Assembly: GCA_039794425.1 (NCBI GenBank)
Contig: JBDIVK010000012.1
Span: forward strand, 4,323-68,322
Reading direction: 5' to 3'
DNA length: 64,000 nucleotides
Origin: Nitrosomonas sp.
GTDB lineage: Bacteria > Pseudomonadota > Gammaproteobacteria > Burkholderiales > Nitrosomonadaceae
The notes below the pieces were generated by a model. That model ran no database searches. It saw only the letters and a program-made list of their open reading frames with translations, and was not told the DNA's origin. The translations under genes were made by a program, and so were the position numbers. Below are positions 40,653 through 53,248 of this stretch, one piece after another. Position 1 is the first letter of the stretch, and each line of letters begins with the position of its first letter.

Positions 40653-42134
40653 ATGAAAGAAAACTTGCTTGAGCAATTGCGATTCTGTACCAATCTTCCC
40701 AGCCTACCTGCAGTCGCGCTCAAAATTATCGACCTGGCGGGTAAAGCCGATACCAATCTTACTCAAATTAATCATTATATCTCGCTCGATCCAGTACTTG
40801 CCGCCAAAATCGTCAAGACAGCCAATTCTCCGCTGTATAAATCCAGACATCCGATCAGCAATATCAGTCAGGCCGTAAGTATGCTGGGAACACACGGGGT
40901 AATGACAGTCGCATTGTCTTTCTCACTGATGGATTCCCTGATGAAACATTCCAGGGAAAAACTGGATCTGGCCAGCAGCAGTGTGTTCTGGCGCCGCTCG
41001 ATTACTTCTGCATTAGCCAGCCGCGCTTTGGGCAAGCGACTGGGCATGACCATGCTGGACGATTTGTTCCTGGCAGGCCTGCTTCAGGACATTGGAATTC
41101 TTGCGCTCTATGCCATCCTGCCTGACACCTATCCCTCAATTTTTTCCTCCGCTGCCAATCATGATGCGCTTTTCAAAACCGAGTGTGAGACATTCGGCAT
41201 AGGACATGATGAACTGGGTGCGGCACTACTCGAACGCTGGAAGCTTCCTACCTACATTTCCAATGCATGCCGATACAGCCAAAATGCACTCAAAAACCCA
41301 AGCCGGATCGGTATCAATGAATGCGTCGCGACCTCCGGCTACGTCGCCGATTATTTTCTGGCACCCGGTGAAAAAGAAAAGGTCACCGTAGTCATCGACA
41401 CAGCACGGGCGTATCTCGATCTCGATGAACATGCATTGATAGAAGTTCTGGAAGATATGAAGGACGAACTGCACCATGTAGAAGATCTGTTCGAAATTTC
41501 CATTCTCGATCCTGTACATCTCAGCAGTATCGTCGACGAGGCTCGAGAATTGTTGACAATGCGTACCTTGATCAAGGTACGAGAATTGGAAGACAAAATA
41601 CAGCACGATGGTCTGACCGGTGCGCATAACAGGGCCTATTTCAACGATACCTTCCAGTGCGAATTTCTGCTTTCAAGTCAACAGGGACTGCCGCTTTCTC
41701 TGGCGATGATTGATATCGACAACTTTAAAACTGTCAACGATACCTATGGACACATCGCAGGTGACGGTGTACTGGTAGCTGTCGTCAAAGCCATTTCTGG
41801 CCAGATCCGTCAAACGGATATCCTCTGTCGGTACGGTGGTGAAGAATTCGCTCTGATTCTGCCAGGTACACCACTTGCAGCATCTCGTGCTATCCTTACC
41901 AGAGTAAAGGATAGTATTGCGGCCATTGCCTATAAGCTCGATACGAGTCATACCATTCACATCACAGCTTCGATCGGTCTGGCCGTTAATATGGATAAAG
42001 AAAAGTCCTTCGATACTTATCGGGATATGCTGGAAGCTGCCGATTGCGCACTTTACGCAGCCAAGCATGGTGGCCGCAACCGGATCACGGAATGGAACCC
42101 GGCCTTGGTTTCACCCATCAAAACCCAGCCATAG
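40653..42134 (+). CDS. HDOD-domain diguanylate cyclase
   Basis: LPSLPAVAL and DPVLAAKIVKTANS (HDOD), GLLQDIG; C-terminal RYGGEEF preceded by an RxxD I-site (RQTD). Confidence 0.9.
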   Translation: MKENLLEQLRFCTNLPSLPAVALKIIDLAGKADTNLTQINHYISLDPVLAAKIVKTANSPLYKSRHPISNISQAVSMLGTHGVMTVALSFSLMDSLMKHSREKLDLASSSVFWRRSITSALASRALGKRLGMTMLDDLFLAGLLQDIGILALYAILPDTYPSIFSSAANHDALFKTECETFGIGHDELGAALLERWKLPTYISNACRYSQNALKNPSRIGINECVATSGYVADYFLAPGEKEKVTVVIDTARAYLDLDEHALIEVLEDMKDELHHVEDLFEISILDPVHLSSIVDEARELLTMRTLIKVRELEDKIQHDGLTGAHNRAYFNDTFQCEFLLSSQQGLPLSLAMIDIDNFKTVNDTYGHIAGDGVLVAVVKAISGQIRQTDILCRYGGEEFALILPGTPLAASRAILTRVKDSIAAIAYKLDTSHTIHITASIGLAVNMDKEKSFDTYRDMLEAADCALYAAKHGGRNRITEWNPALVSPIKTQP

Positions 42135-42228
42135 CCCATCGGGCATAATTTGTTCTTTCCCGCATACCGGCATGGCATCTCATGCATATTGCATACAACT
42201 ATTATCAACTTAAAATAAAACAACTTTC

Positions 42229-43059
42229 ATGAATCTTATCATTCAAGGAACAGACATTCAGAATAGTGACTTACGAACTATTGCCAAATTTACCAAAGCC
42301 AGTCAGATCGAACAAATTACCGGAGAAGCCTTCCGACTGCTGGATGCTCAACCACATCCGGATATCCCGCAATATTGCGATGAAGCAAAGCTGGATTATG
42401 CTTTTGTCCAACCTGGAAAAAAACTGACCGATTTTGGTCTGGTAGCGATGGATATGGATTCGACGCTGCTCGCCATCGAGTCTATCGATGAAATCGCCGA
42501 TATGCACAATGTTAAACCCCAAGTCTCTGCAATCACTCAGAGTACCATGCGTGGAGAAATCAGTTTTGCCGAAAGCCTTACTCGCCGTACCGCTTTACTC
42601 GCAGGACTGGCACAGGAAGCGTTGCAGAAAGTTTATGATGAACGCGTACGATTGAGCCCGGGTGCCGAGAAAATGCTGCAACGGCTGCAGGCTGTAGGCA
42701 TAAAAACCATGGTAATATCAGGTGGTTACACCTTTTTTACCGATCGGATCAAAGACCGGCTCAGTCTGGACTATGCATTTGCCAATACTTTCGAAATTCA
42801 GGATGGAAAACTGACCGGGCGAGTGCTCGGTAATATCATCGGCGCATCCGGCAAGGGGGAAATCCTGAAACGGATACGGGATGAACTCGGGCTTGGAAAA
42901 GAGCAGGTCATTGCTATCGGAGATGGTGCAAACGACCTGAAAATGCTGGAAGAATCGGGTGTAGGTATCGCTTTCCATGCCAAGCCGGTGCTGCGAGAAA
43001 AAGCGACTTTCTCTATCAATCACGTTGGGCTAGATGGCATCATCAATTTGTTCGACTGA
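42229..43059 (+). CDS. serB: Phosphoserine phosphatase
   Basis: HAD motifs MDMDST, SGG and IGDGAND. Confidence 0.95.
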   Translation: MNLIIQGTDIQNSDLRTIAKFTKASQIEQITGEAFRLLDAQPHPDIPQYCDEAKLDYAFVQPGKKLTDFGLVAMDMDSTLLAIESIDEIADMHNVKPQVSAITQSTMRGEISFAESLTRRTALLAGLAQEALQKVYDERVRLSPGAEKMLQRLQAVGIKTMVISGGYTFFTDRIKDRLSLDYAFANTFEIQDGKLTGRVLGNIIGASGKGEILKRIRDELGLGKEQVIAIGDGANDLKMLEESGVGIAFHAKPVLREKATFSINHVGLDGIINLFD

Positions 43060-43157
43060 CAACACATGATATAACGGCCTGCAAACCTGCTGATCATCAA
43101 GCGTATTTGGCTATTTAATTACTGGATTGGCGGGTTCTGCCTGGCTTAGTCCCGAAC

Positions 43158-46100
43158 TCAAGTACGGTTCTCGATCCACGCCAATAAATCCGCCTCAGTC
43201 ATAGGATGCGCCAACAGATAACCCTGAACGAAATAACAACCGTGCCGTTTGAGAAATTCCAGTTGTTCAACTGTTTCCACACCCTCGGCAATCACTTCCA
43301 ATTCCAGGTTGCGCGCAAGCATAATCGTGGCCTTGACGATTTCCTGATCACTCGGATCGTGCAACATATCACGCACGAATTCCTGAGCAATTTTCAGGCA
43401 ATGAAACGGCCATCGCTTGAGCGTCAGCAAGGAAGAATAACCAGTGCCAAAATCATCAATGGAAAACAACATACCGCTCTGTGCCAGATTTCTCAGAATA
43501 CTATCGACATTGGTACGCGGCTCCATCATGACACGCTCGGTCAATTCAAGCTCTATCAGATGACTGGGCAAGGAGAATTTCGCCAATAAAGCAATCAGCT
43601 TGCGATCGAAGGCCTCTTCGTCCAATTGTAAGGGAGACAGATTGACCGACACCACCCCCGTCTCTACACCAAGACGCTGCCACCGACCCATGGCTTCACA
43701 AGCCAGTTCCAGCACTTTAAAGCCCAATATGTGCATCAGACCGTGTGTTTCTGCAATAGGAATAAATTCTGCCGGTGAAATGATGCCTTGAATAGGATGT
43801 CGCCAGCGCAGCAGCGCTTCCAAGCCAACCAGTCGATTGTTTCTTACATCGATCTTGGGCTGGAAAACCAGGAACAGGTCATCAGCCTGCAGCGATTCTT
43901 TCAAATCGTTGCGCAGAGCCAGACGACGCCGGACATCCTGTGTCATGTCACTGGTATGAAAGGCAAAATTTCCCCGCCCTTTGTTCTTGGCTTCATATAA
44001 TGCCGTATCAGCTTGTTCGAGCAAATCGATATCAGTACTCTGACCAGGCTGCCAGCAGGCGATTCCGATACTCGCACCACTCTGAATTCTGGTTTGATCG
44101 ACGATATAAGGTTGTGCCAGCAGATCGATCAATTTCCGGCCAAGTACTGAAATATCCTGTATCGAATTCGGATTGTGTTGCAAAATAGCAAACTCGTCTC
44201 CCCCCAGACGCGCAACGAAATCATTTTTACGCAAACACTGTTCGAGCCGCCGGGCAACTTCCCTGAGAAAACGATCCCCCACAGCATGCCCAAGCATGTC
44301 ATTGATCTGTTTAAAATAATCCAAGTCGAGTAGCAAAACAGCAATCCTGCTTTGATTCTGCCTGGCAAAGTCCAGCTCACGTTTCAGCATTTGCGTAAAC
44401 TGTGCCCGGTTCGGCAAACCGATCAGACTGTCGTGATAGGCCAGATGCAGGATATGTTGCTCGCTACGTTCCTGCCGGGTTTCGTGACTCCTGCGGGCAT
44501 AATAGCAAGCACCGATCAGCGCGATATTCATCAGCCCCAGAAAGCTGATCATCCAGATCGGTGCCGAAGCAATTGACCAGCCTTCAATCGGAATGGCACC
44601 CAACTGCCAGTGACCACCTGGTACAGTTACATTGACTGTTACTGCCTGTCGATCGAATATACTGGCATCACCGAAGAATATCTCTCCTCGGCTGCCTTTA
44701 CCATCTTTTCCACGTATGCCCACTTCCAAACCACTTCCTGAATCATTCAAACCGGCAGCCTGGTAAAGCGCATCCGTATGCATGACCGTAGACAACATTC
44801 CCCAGAATCTACGCTGACCGGATTCACTGTGAATGAAAACAGGCATTCTGCCGACTACGCCTGTACCGCCCTGTATCAAATTCATCGGTCCTGCCAGCAC
44901 AGTTTGCTCCAGATCTCTGGCTCTGAGAACTGCTTCGATCTGGTCGGGAAGGCTACGAAAATCGAGATTGAAAGCCTGCTCATTGCTTTCAATCGGATAA
45001 ATCATACGGATTACCAGATCCGGCGCAGCAGCAAGATTACGGATGGAAGAATTATAATCCAGCAGATTTTTGGCAAGTGGTTCAAAATCCTGCTGAGTCA
45101 GATCCGGATGATGCTGAATATACGCAACCAGTCCTCTGACCAGGAAAATATTACCGTGGATCGATTTTTCCAATTGCACGCGTAGTCGCAGCAACTTGTT
45201 CAATACCTGTTCTTTTTGCTGTTTCATTTCCTGATCGCGATAAAGCATCACCGCGAACCAGGTAATTGTTAGCGTCAGAATAACCAGTGTCAGAGGAACC
45301 ATGCGATACGAACGACGCATGCTGAACCAGCCTACCAGCGAAATGGTAGTCGCCATATACAATACTAGTAAAATCGGCAGAATCCAGTCTTTACTCATAT
45401 TTTTCCCTGGAGATGAGGTCAGAATCTGGCTGCTCTCCTTGAATTCATTCTCCAGCACACCGATATTTTTTAAAGCTGCATGCACGCGCCGCCATCGTAC
45501 GGGATCATTTTCCCCGATTGCTATTTCCGGATAACGGGAAAGCTTCAGATAACGATTGGCAAGATAGTGATTCAAGCTGATCAGATTGGAATTGGTCGTT
45601 TTATGGAAGTAGCATGCAATCATCTGTGCAATGGTTTCATCCTGATGATCAAACGCATAAGCCCAACCACGTGCTGTCGCCTTTAGAAAACGCTTGATCA
45701 CATGAGGTGATGCGTTGAATTTCCCACTATTGGCTGTAATGACATCACCATAAAAATCCAATCCATGATTTTCAATATAAAAAGCCGATAATTGGACACC
45801 ATACTGTCTGGCTGCCCAGCGCATACTTTCAGCATGCGCTGGAACGATATCGGCTTTTCGATTCAGCAAACTCTCGATTACAGGAGGTGCTTCGATTACC
45901 CGATCGGGATCGAATGGTATCCCAGCCTTCTGCAGAGCTAGCTTATAGAGGGCCAACCCATCGGAAGAAGCTGCAATAGTTTTTCCGGAAAGATCATGCA
46001 GATCACTCAATGGCTGGTCCGGCAAACTGTAAAATACCCAGGAAGCGTTCTGCAACAAAGGTTGCAAAGCAATGAGGTCAGCCCCTTTATCCTGTGCGAC

Positions 46101-46391
46101 CAGCACCGCCAGCCCATCAAATAGTGCCAGATCGGCCTCTCCTCTTGCTACCGCCGCCAATGCATCGACTTCCTTGCCCGATCGATCGATACCGCTACGT
46201 AGTTCGACATTGATACCGGCTTCCCGATAATATCCCTGCCACAAGGCCTGATAAAATCCGGCAAACCTAAAACTATGATCTCCTGTTAATTGAACACTCA
46301 GAAAAGTTTCTGAGGCAACTAATTGAGAGGAGTAGAAAATAATAGGAAATAAAAGAATTAAAAAAAATCTGAGCAATTTCCTGGCTAACAA
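43158..46391 (-). CDS. Membrane sensor: NMT1/THI5-like binding domain + CHASE + GGDEF + EAL
   Basis: F.FAGFYQALWQGYYREAGINVELR and LDFYGDVI (NMT1-like); TM segments; LAGPMNLIQGGTGVVGRMPVF (CHASE); RLGGDEF; EALLRW; IDDFGTGYSSL. Confidence 0.85.
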   Translation of the reverse strand: MLARKLLRFFLILLFPIIFYSSQLVASETFLSVQLTGDHSFRFAGFYQALWQGYYREAGINVELRSGIDRSGKEVDALAAVARGEADLALFDGLAVLVAQDKGADLIALQPLLQNASWVFYSLPDQPLSDLHDLSGKTIAASSDGLALYKLALQKAGIPFDPDRVIEAPPVIESLLNRKADIVPAHAESMRWAARQYGVQLSAFYIENHGLDFYGDVITANSGKFNASPHVIKRFLKATARGWAYAFDHQDETIAQMIACYFHKTTNSNLISLNHYLANRYLKLSRYPEIAIGENDPVRWRRVHAALKNIGVLENEFKESSQILTSSPGKNMSKDWILPILLVLYMATTISLVGWFSMRRSYRMVPLTLVILTLTITWFAVMLYRDQEMKQQKEQVLNKLLRLRVQLEKSIHGNIFLVRGLVAYIQHHPDLTQQDFEPLAKNLLDYNSSIRNLAAAPDLVIRMIYPIESNEQAFNLDFRSLPDQIEAVLRARDLEQTVLAGPMNLIQGGTGVVGRMPVFIHSESGQRRFWGMLSTVMHTDALYQAAGLNDSGSGLEVGIRGKDGKGSRGEIFFGDASIFDRQAVTVNVTVPGGHWQLGAIPIEGWSIASAPIWMISFLGLMNIALIGACYYARRSHETRQERSEQHILHLAYHDSLIGLPNRAQFTQMLKRELDFARQNQSRIAVLLLDLDYFKQINDMLGHAVGDRFLREVARRLEQCLRKNDFVARLGGDEFAILQHNPNSIQDISVLGRKLIDLLAQPYIVDQTRIQSGASIGIACWQPGQSTDIDLLEQADTALYEAKNKGRGNFAFHTSDMTQDVRRRLALRNDLKESLQADDLFLVFQPKIDVRNNRLVGLEALLRWRHPIQGIISPAEFIPIAETHGLMHILGFKVLELACEAMGRWQRLGVETGVVSVNLSPLQLDEEAFDRKLIALLAKFSLPSHLIELELTERVMMEPRTNVDSILRNLAQSGMLFSIDDFGTGYSSLLTLKRWPFHCLKIAQEFVRDMLHDPSDQEIVKATIMLARNLELEVIAEGVETVEQLEFLKRHGCYFVQGYLLAHPMTEADLLAWIENRT

Positions 46392-46604
46392 GTTCTATCT
46401 GCCTTGGAGAGAATAAGCACCTATTTTTTTATTTATATGAAATCCATGCCAAAGAGTTATTAAATCACACTTGATAAAAATCAAAATTTAGATTAGGCAA
46501 TTTAGTGCCGGTTATTTAATAAAGTGCAGAACTTCGGCACATGTTTACAAAAAAACCAGAACAAACTAAACCTGTCCTGGCAATTTGCAAGCAGTGATAC
46601 CATT

Positions 46605-48215
46605 TCAATAACCGGGGTCATACATCAAGGTTTGTACATAAGTTTCCAGATCATCAGGCAAATCCACAGTTGCCAGTCCTTCTTGCTGCGCCACACGGCA
46701 GACTTCTACCGCAATTGCCAGTGAAACATTACGTACCCGTGTCAGGTTCGGATAAATTGATCCACGTTCAATTTCTTCAGGCAGCACTCTGTCTGCCAGT
46801 ACTTTGGCTGCCGCCAGAAACATACGCTCAACCACTAGTCTTGCACAGCTGGCCAGCACCCCCAATCCTACACCGGGAAAAATATAAGCATTGTTACCTT
46901 GTGCAGGTTGATAAAGCCGTTCACCCAATACTACAGCTGGAAACGGACTGCCACTGGCAAAAACTGCCCGGCCATCACTCCACCGGTAAGCCTGTTCCGC
47001 AGTGCATTCCGTATGTGAAGTCGGATTGGAAAGTGCAATAATGACAGGACGTTCCTGGTATTGTGCCATTTGACGAATGACAGCTTCATCGAATGCACCT
47101 GCAGCACCCGTTGCACCGATCAGAATATCCGGTCGAATACTGGCGATCGCTTCGACGAAACTGACTGGAGCATGCTCCCGCGCGAAAGGCCGGATACGTG
47201 GCTTCAATTGCTCGCGTGCCTTGATGACCAACCCCTGTCTGTCTACGAAAGTTATTCTGGAACGTGCCTGTGTTTCATCCAAACCGACCGACATGAATGC
47301 TGACAACATCAGCTCAGCAATACCGGTTGCAGCCGAACCGGTTCCCAGCAGCATAATTTTCAGATCGGCAAACCGTTTATGTGTGATACGACAGGAAGCG
47401 TGAATGCCGGCCAATGTGACTGCCGCTGTTCCCTGAATATCATCGTTAAAACAACGAACCCGTTGCTGGTAACGGTCTAACAAAGCAAATGCATTCTGGC
47501 TATTGAAATCTTCGAACTGAATCAGCGCATCTGGAAATTTATGCTGTATCGCCTGGACGAATTCATCAACCAGCGACAAATAATCCTGCCCAGTCAGCCG
47601 TGGATAAGGATAGCCGAGATAGAGCGGATCGTCCCTTAACACCTGATTATTAGTCCCTACATCCAGCATGACCGGCATACAACGGGCCGGATGGATGCCG
47701 GCACAGGCCACATATAACGCAATTTTACCAATCGGAATGCCCATGCCGTTTGCACCCAGATCCCCGAGTCCCAGGATACGTTCCCCGTCCGTTACCACGA
47801 TAATGCGCACATCGATTTCTGGCCAGTTCTCGAGTAGAGACGCAATTTTTCCCCGATCCATGGGTGTGACGTAAAAGCCCTGCGGTTTTCTGAAAATATG
47901 CGCAAATTCCTTGCACGCTTCTCCTACTGTGGGCGTATAGACGAGCGGCATGATTTCCTCGATATGATCGATCAGCGTGCGGTAAAATAAATGCTGGTTG
48001 CGATCGAGCAACCCATTCAGAAAAATATATTTTTCGATATCACTGTTTTTTACGCGCAGGTTACCCAGTACTCTCTGCTGTTGCTTCCTGATATCCATCA
48101 CACCATAAGGCAGCAGACCCTGCAAACCATGGCACTCACGCTCCTCCCGGGTAAATGCGGTAGATTTATTTTGTGCCGGATCATCCAGTAATGCTTTTCC
48201 ATGCAATGGTTTCAT
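46605..48215 (-). CDS. maeA: NAD(P)-dependent malic enzyme (SfcA/MaeA type)
   Basis: PLVYTPTVG, VVTDGERILGLGDLG, QFEDF, FNDDIQGT, ALSNPT. Confidence 0.92.
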   Translation of the reverse strand: MKPLHGKALLDDPAQNKSTAFTREERECHGLQGLLPYGVMDIRKQQQRVLGNLRVKNSDIEKYIFLNGLLDRNQHLFYRTLIDHIEEIMPLVYTPTVGEACKEFAHIFRKPQGFYVTPMDRGKIASLLENWPEIDVRIIVVTDGERILGLGDLGANGMGIPIGKIALYVACAGIHPARCMPVMLDVGTNNQVLRDDPLYLGYPYPRLTGQDYLSLVDEFVQAIQHKFPDALIQFEDFNSQNAFALLDRYQQRVRCFNDDIQGTAAVTLAGIHASCRITHKRFADLKIMLLGTGSAATGIAELMLSAFMSVGLDETQARSRITFVDRQGLVIKAREQLKPRIRPFAREHAPVSFVEAIASIRPDILIGATGAAGAFDEAVIRQMAQYQERPVIIALSNPTSHTECTAEQAYRWSDGRAVFASGSPFPAVVLGERLYQPAQGNNAYIFPGVGLGVLASCARLVVERMFLAAAKVLADRVLPEEIERGSIYPNLTRVRNVSLAIAVEVCRVAQQEGLATVDLPDDLETYVQTLMYDPGY

Positions 48216-48282
48216 AGTATTTTTCCTATCAAGAGCAAATTGCGGGGTGCATCGCCCGCTCAGCCAGACCGTTTATGGATAT

Positions 48283-49288
<1,006 letters not shown>

Positions 49289-49309
49289 TCATAAAACCAT
49301 ACCGGAATC

Positions 49310-50236
49310 ATGACTCTCACCAACCAATCAAGTAACACAGCTATCGATCAAGCCAGAGAAGAGCTATGCACCTTACGTGATCTGCTGCGTTTCACAGTAA
49401 GTTATTTTAGTCAGTCCGATCTTTGCCTGGGACATGGTCTGCCCACCACCTATGATGAAGCAGCCCATCTGATTTTGCATACCTTGCATCTCACCCCTGA
49501 TCAACTGGACATATTTATGGATACCCGCCTGACTCGCAACGAACGAGCACAGATCCTGCGCAGCATCGAACGGCGTGTCAACGAAAAAATCCCGGTTGCC
49601 TATCTAACACATGAAGCATGGCTGGGAGATTTCAACTTTTATGTTGATGAACGTGTCATTATACCGCGCTCGTTCATTGCTGAATTGTTACAAACTCACT
49701 TGTCACCGTGGGTAATCGATCCAGACAGCATTCATTCTGCCCTCGATCTCTGTACCGGGTCCGGTTGTCTTGCCATCTTACTGGCCCATGCCTTTGAAAA
49801 TGCCCATATCGACGCGAGCGATATTTCTACAGATGCCTTAGACGTTGCCCATAGAAACGTGACCAATTATGGTCTGGTAGACCGGATCCACCTGATCCAT
49901 TCCGATCTCTTCGCAAAATTACAAGGTAAGCAATACGATCTGATCATCAGTAATCCCCCTTACGTCAATACAGAGTCCATGGCCTCGCTCCCTGAGGAAT
50001 ATCGTCATGAACCTGATATTGCACTGGCAGGGGGAATCGATGGATTGAATATCATTCGTAAAATTTTCAGCGGAGCAGCCAGGCATCTGACTGAGAATGG
50101 CTTGCTGGTTATGGAAATCGGCCATAATCAGGAGGTAATCGAACAAGCCTTCCCCCGATTACCCTGCACATGGTTGGAAACCAGTGCGGGTGATCAGTTT
50201 GTCCTCATGGTCAGGTGTTGTGACCTACCCACATAA
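49310..50236 (+). CDS. prmB: 50S ribosomal protein L3 N5-glutamine methyltransferase
   Basis: FYVDERVIIPRSFIAE, LDLCTGSG, SNPPY. Confidence 0.93.
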   Translation: MTLTNQSSNTAIDQAREELCTLRDLLRFTVSYFSQSDLCLGHGLPTTYDEAAHLILHTLHLTPDQLDIFMDTRLTRNERAQILRSIERRVNEKIPVAYLTHEAWLGDFNFYVDERVIIPRSFIAELLQTHLSPWVIDPDSIHSALDLCTGSGCLAILLAHAFENAHIDASDISTDALDVAHRNVTNYGLVDRIHLIHSDLFAKLQGKQYDLIISNPPYVNTESMASLPEEYRHEPDIALAGGIDGLNIIRKIFSGAARHLTENGLLVMEIGHNQEVIEQAFPRLPCTWLETSAGDQFVLMVRCCDLPT

Positions 50237-50270
50237 AAGGTTTACTCGTATGAAAGAATAGCGAGACCCG

Positions 50271-51122
50271 CTACGATTTAATAAGTGCCAACAGTTGCTC
50301 GACTTCTGTATTCATCAGCTCCAACCACATGCCACGCTTAAGCCGGGGAGGAAGATGGATCGGACCGAATCTCACACGCATCAAGCGGCTGACCGTCAAT
50401 CCCAGCGCTTCAAACATTCGGCGTACTTCCCGGTTTCTGCCTTCTTTCAGGGTGACCCGATACCAGTGATTGGTCCCCTTTCCCCCCTCATCGGATAGCT
50501 GGTCGAATTTAGCCAGACCATCCTCCAGTTCGACTCCCGTTGTCAATCTGGTGATCTGTTCAACTGTCAGTTGCCCGACAATACGTACCGCATATTCCCG
50601 TTCCATCTGGAAACGCGGATGCATCAAGCGATTGGCCAACGTACCATCAGTCGTGAAAATCAACAAACCACTGGTATTGAAGTCCAGTCTGCCTATGGCT
50701 ATCCACTTGGAAGATTTCATACGTGGCAGCTTTTCGAACACTGAAGGTCTGCCCTGTGGATCATGCAGACTGACGATTTCACCCTCCGGCTTATGATAAA
50801 TGATGACACGCGGCAGACGTACACCCATGCTAAAGCGGATCACCCGCCCATCGATCCGTACCATATCCCCGGGTCCGACTTGATCACCCAGTTTTGCAGT
50901 TACACCATTGATACTCACCCTGCCGGCAGCGATCATCTCTTCCATTTCTCGTCGTGAACCCAATCCATTCCTGGCCAGCAGTTTTTGCAACCTGCAGGTT
51001 TCTACCAGAGCAGGTACCGAATCAGATTTTTTCGGAATGGATGATAGTGCACACCTGGGCCGAAACTTCTGAGCGCGCGATCGATTAACCGGCATGCGCA
51101 ATCCTGGATATTCCTCGGCCAA
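50271..51122 (-). CDS. rluB: 23S rRNA pseudouridine synthase RluB (start uncertain)
   Basis: S4 domain [35 protein letters not shown]. Confidence 0.9.
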   Translation of the reverse strand: MAEEYPGLRMPVNRSRAQKFRPRCALSSIPKKSDSVPALVETCRLQKLLARNGLGSRREMEEMIAAGRVSINGVTAKLGDQVGPGDMVRIDGRVIRFSMGVRLPRVIIYHKPEGEIVSLHDPQGRPSVFEKLPRMKSSKWIAIGRLDFNTSGLLIFTTDGTLANRLMHPRFQMEREYAVRIVGQLTVEQITRLTTGVELEDGLAKFDQLSDEGGKGTNHWYRVTLKEGRNREVRRMFEALGLTVSRLMRVRFGPIHLPPRLKRGMWLELMNTEVEQLLALIKS

Positions 51123-51229
51123 CCGCTAATTCAGATACTAATGTCATGAACAGGACAGCCAACGAAGGCGGTCAGCGTTATCTGCAGCAGTTTCTCCACA
51201 CAGCACCATTCCACCAAACAGAGTCCGAA

Positions 51230-51553
51230 TCAAAAAGGAAATTTCATCCCCATGGGCAAGCCCAATCCACCCGTTATACTGGCCATATTTTCCTGGGTCG
51301 TGGCTTCCACCCGGCGTACTGCATCATTCACTGCTGCAGCGATCAGGTCTTCCAGCATATCCTTATCGTCACCGATCAAACTGCTATCGATATTGACCCG
51401 TTTCACATCATAGCGACAGGTCATGATCACTTTGACCATTCCAGCCCCAGCCTGGCCTTCCACTTCTATCGTCGCCAGTTTTTCCTGCATGGCTTTCATA
51501 TTTTCCTGCATCTGCTGCGCTTGCTTCATCAAATTACCCAGATTGGCTTTCAT
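51230..51553 (-). CDS. ybaB: YbaB/EbfC nucleoid-associated protein
   Basis: [27 protein letters not shown]; downstream of dnaX. Confidence 0.95.
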   Translation of the reverse strand: MKANLGNLMKQAQQMQENMKAMQEKLATIEVEGQAGAGMVKVIMTCRYDVKRVNIDSSLIGDDKDMLEDLIAAAVNDAVRRVEATTQENMASITGGLGLPMGMKFPF

Positions 51554-51569
51554 CACTTTGCAATCTCCG

Positions 51570-53165
51570 TTATTCAATCGGTTTAATAGAAGAAATATTC
51601 AATTTGGCATCGAATTGTTCGATCAATTCCCTTACATAAGGATCAGACTCGATAGCATCAATCGCCCGGGATTGTTTCTCCAGCTTGTCACGATCCTGCA
51701 ATACAGCCGAGGTAACCCCCGTGATACTTCCCAGAGAAAAAATCACCTCGACAGGTTTCCCGAAATGTGTTTCCAGTTGTGACTTAAGCCTGTCCTGATA
51801 GGACTTCTCCAGCAGATGCTTGTGCATTTCTGCTACGCACAGCTCGATTTTGTCTAGTGAAAAAGACTTTGCCTCACAGTATTGTGCCAGCATCCGCGTC
51901 ATCCCACTCAATTTTAGCTGATTAATCAGTGCAATCCAGGCATCATTCGGAGAATGATTGTCTTGTATATATGCTAGCTCCTGGCGATCGGGAGACGATG
52001 CAGGTTTGACCTCACTGACATTATCCGTTTTGGTCTTAGTCTTAGCCTCACCCTTCGCCTGACCTCTCAACTGTGTAGAATCCGGCAAAAAAGCCAGCAT
52101 CCGCATCAGAGCCATGGTAAATCCGCTATATTCATCTGGTGCCAGACTCAAATCAGCACGTCCATGCAGGGCGATCTGATAAAATAATTGAATATCCTCG
52201 GGAGTGAACCGCTTCGTCAGCGCCAGCAATCTGCCATACTCTGGCAATGCTTGATCGATGCTTTGTGAAACGATCTGGGCGGTAGCTATTCGATGTAGCA
52301 ATACCGCCAGATCCTGCAGAGCCTGATCGAATGATACACTGGCTGCTTCCAGTTCATCCGCGATGGTAAGCATAGTTATACCATCTTTGTCAGCTAATGC
52401 CTCCAGCAGCGTAAACAGATAATCCTGATCCAATATCCCCAGCATCGCGCGGATATTTGCCTCGTCCACTACCGCATTACAAAAAGCGACTGCTTGATCA
52501 AGCAGGCTCAATGCATCGCGCAAACTTCCTTTGGCAGCATGTGCCAGCAACTTCAGAGCAGCCATATCCACTGTTATTCCCTCGGCTGATAAAATTTCAG
52601 CCAAGCGTGCTGTAATCAGCGATGGGGGGATTTGTTTCAGACTAAATTGCAGGCAACGTGATAAAACTGTAATGGGAACTTTCTGGGGATCTGTCGTCGC
52701 CAAAATAAATTTGACATGATCAGGCGGCTCTTCCAAGGTCTTGAGCATCGCGTTGAAAGCCGATTTGGAAAGCATATGTGCTTCGTCGATCAGATAGACT
52801 TTGTAGCGCGCAGCAACAGGTGCATACTGCGCGTTATCCAGTAATTCACGCATAGCATCTACCTGAGTATTGGATGCCGCATCCAGCTCAACTAAGTCGA
52901 CGAAACTCCCTCGATCAATCGCCAAGCAGGCTGTACATTTTCCACAAGGTGTGGCAGTGATTCCCTGTTCGCAGTTCAGCGCTTTGGCCAGAATCCGGGC
53001 AACAGTGGTTTTGCCGACTCCACGCGTACCGGTAAACAAATACGCGTGATGAAGCCGGTTCTGTTCCATCGAATTGACGAGCGCTCTGACCACATGCTCT
53101 TGTCCAACCAGCTCCGAAAATTCTTTTGGACGCCACTTGCGGGCAAGTACTTGTGAATCCACCAA
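51570..53165 (-). CDS. dnaX: DNA polymerase III subunit gamma/tau
   Basis: [26 protein letters not shown]. Confidence 0.97.
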   Translation of the reverse strand: MVDSQVLARKWRPKEFSELVGQEHVVRALVNSMEQNRLHHAYLFTGTRGVGKTTVARILAKALNCEQGITATPCGKCTACLAIDRGSFVDLVELDAASNTQVDAMRELLDNAQYAPVAARYKVYLIDEAHMLSKSAFNAMLKTLEEPPDHVKFILATTDPQKVPITVLSRCLQFSLKQIPPSLITARLAEILSAEGITVDMAALKLLAHAAKGSLRDALSLLDQAVAFCNAVVDEANIRAMLGILDQDYLFTLLEALADKDGITMLTIADELEAASVSFDQALQDLAVLLHRIATAQIVSQSIDQALPEYGRLLALTKRFTPEDIQLFYQIALHGRADLSLAPDEYSGFTMALMRMLAFLPDSTQLRGQAKGEAKTKTKTDNVSEVKPASSPDRQELAYIQDNHSPNDAWIALINQLKLSGMTRMLAQYCEAKSFSLDKIELCVAEMHKHLLEKSYQDRLKSQLETHFGKPVEVIFSLGSITGVTSAVLQDRDKLEKQSRAIDAIESDPYVRELIEQFDAKLNISSIKPIE

Positions 53166-53248
53166 GATTTTCTATCGAGTAAAAAAGGCGAATGCCAACT
53201 GCATTCATTGTAAGGTTGAAAACAGATCCACACTGCTCATCTTTAGAA

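Noticed and set aside
51570-53165. Programmed -1 frameshift in dnaX
   Set aside because: I found no A AAA AAG slippery site with a downstream hairpin on the coding strand.
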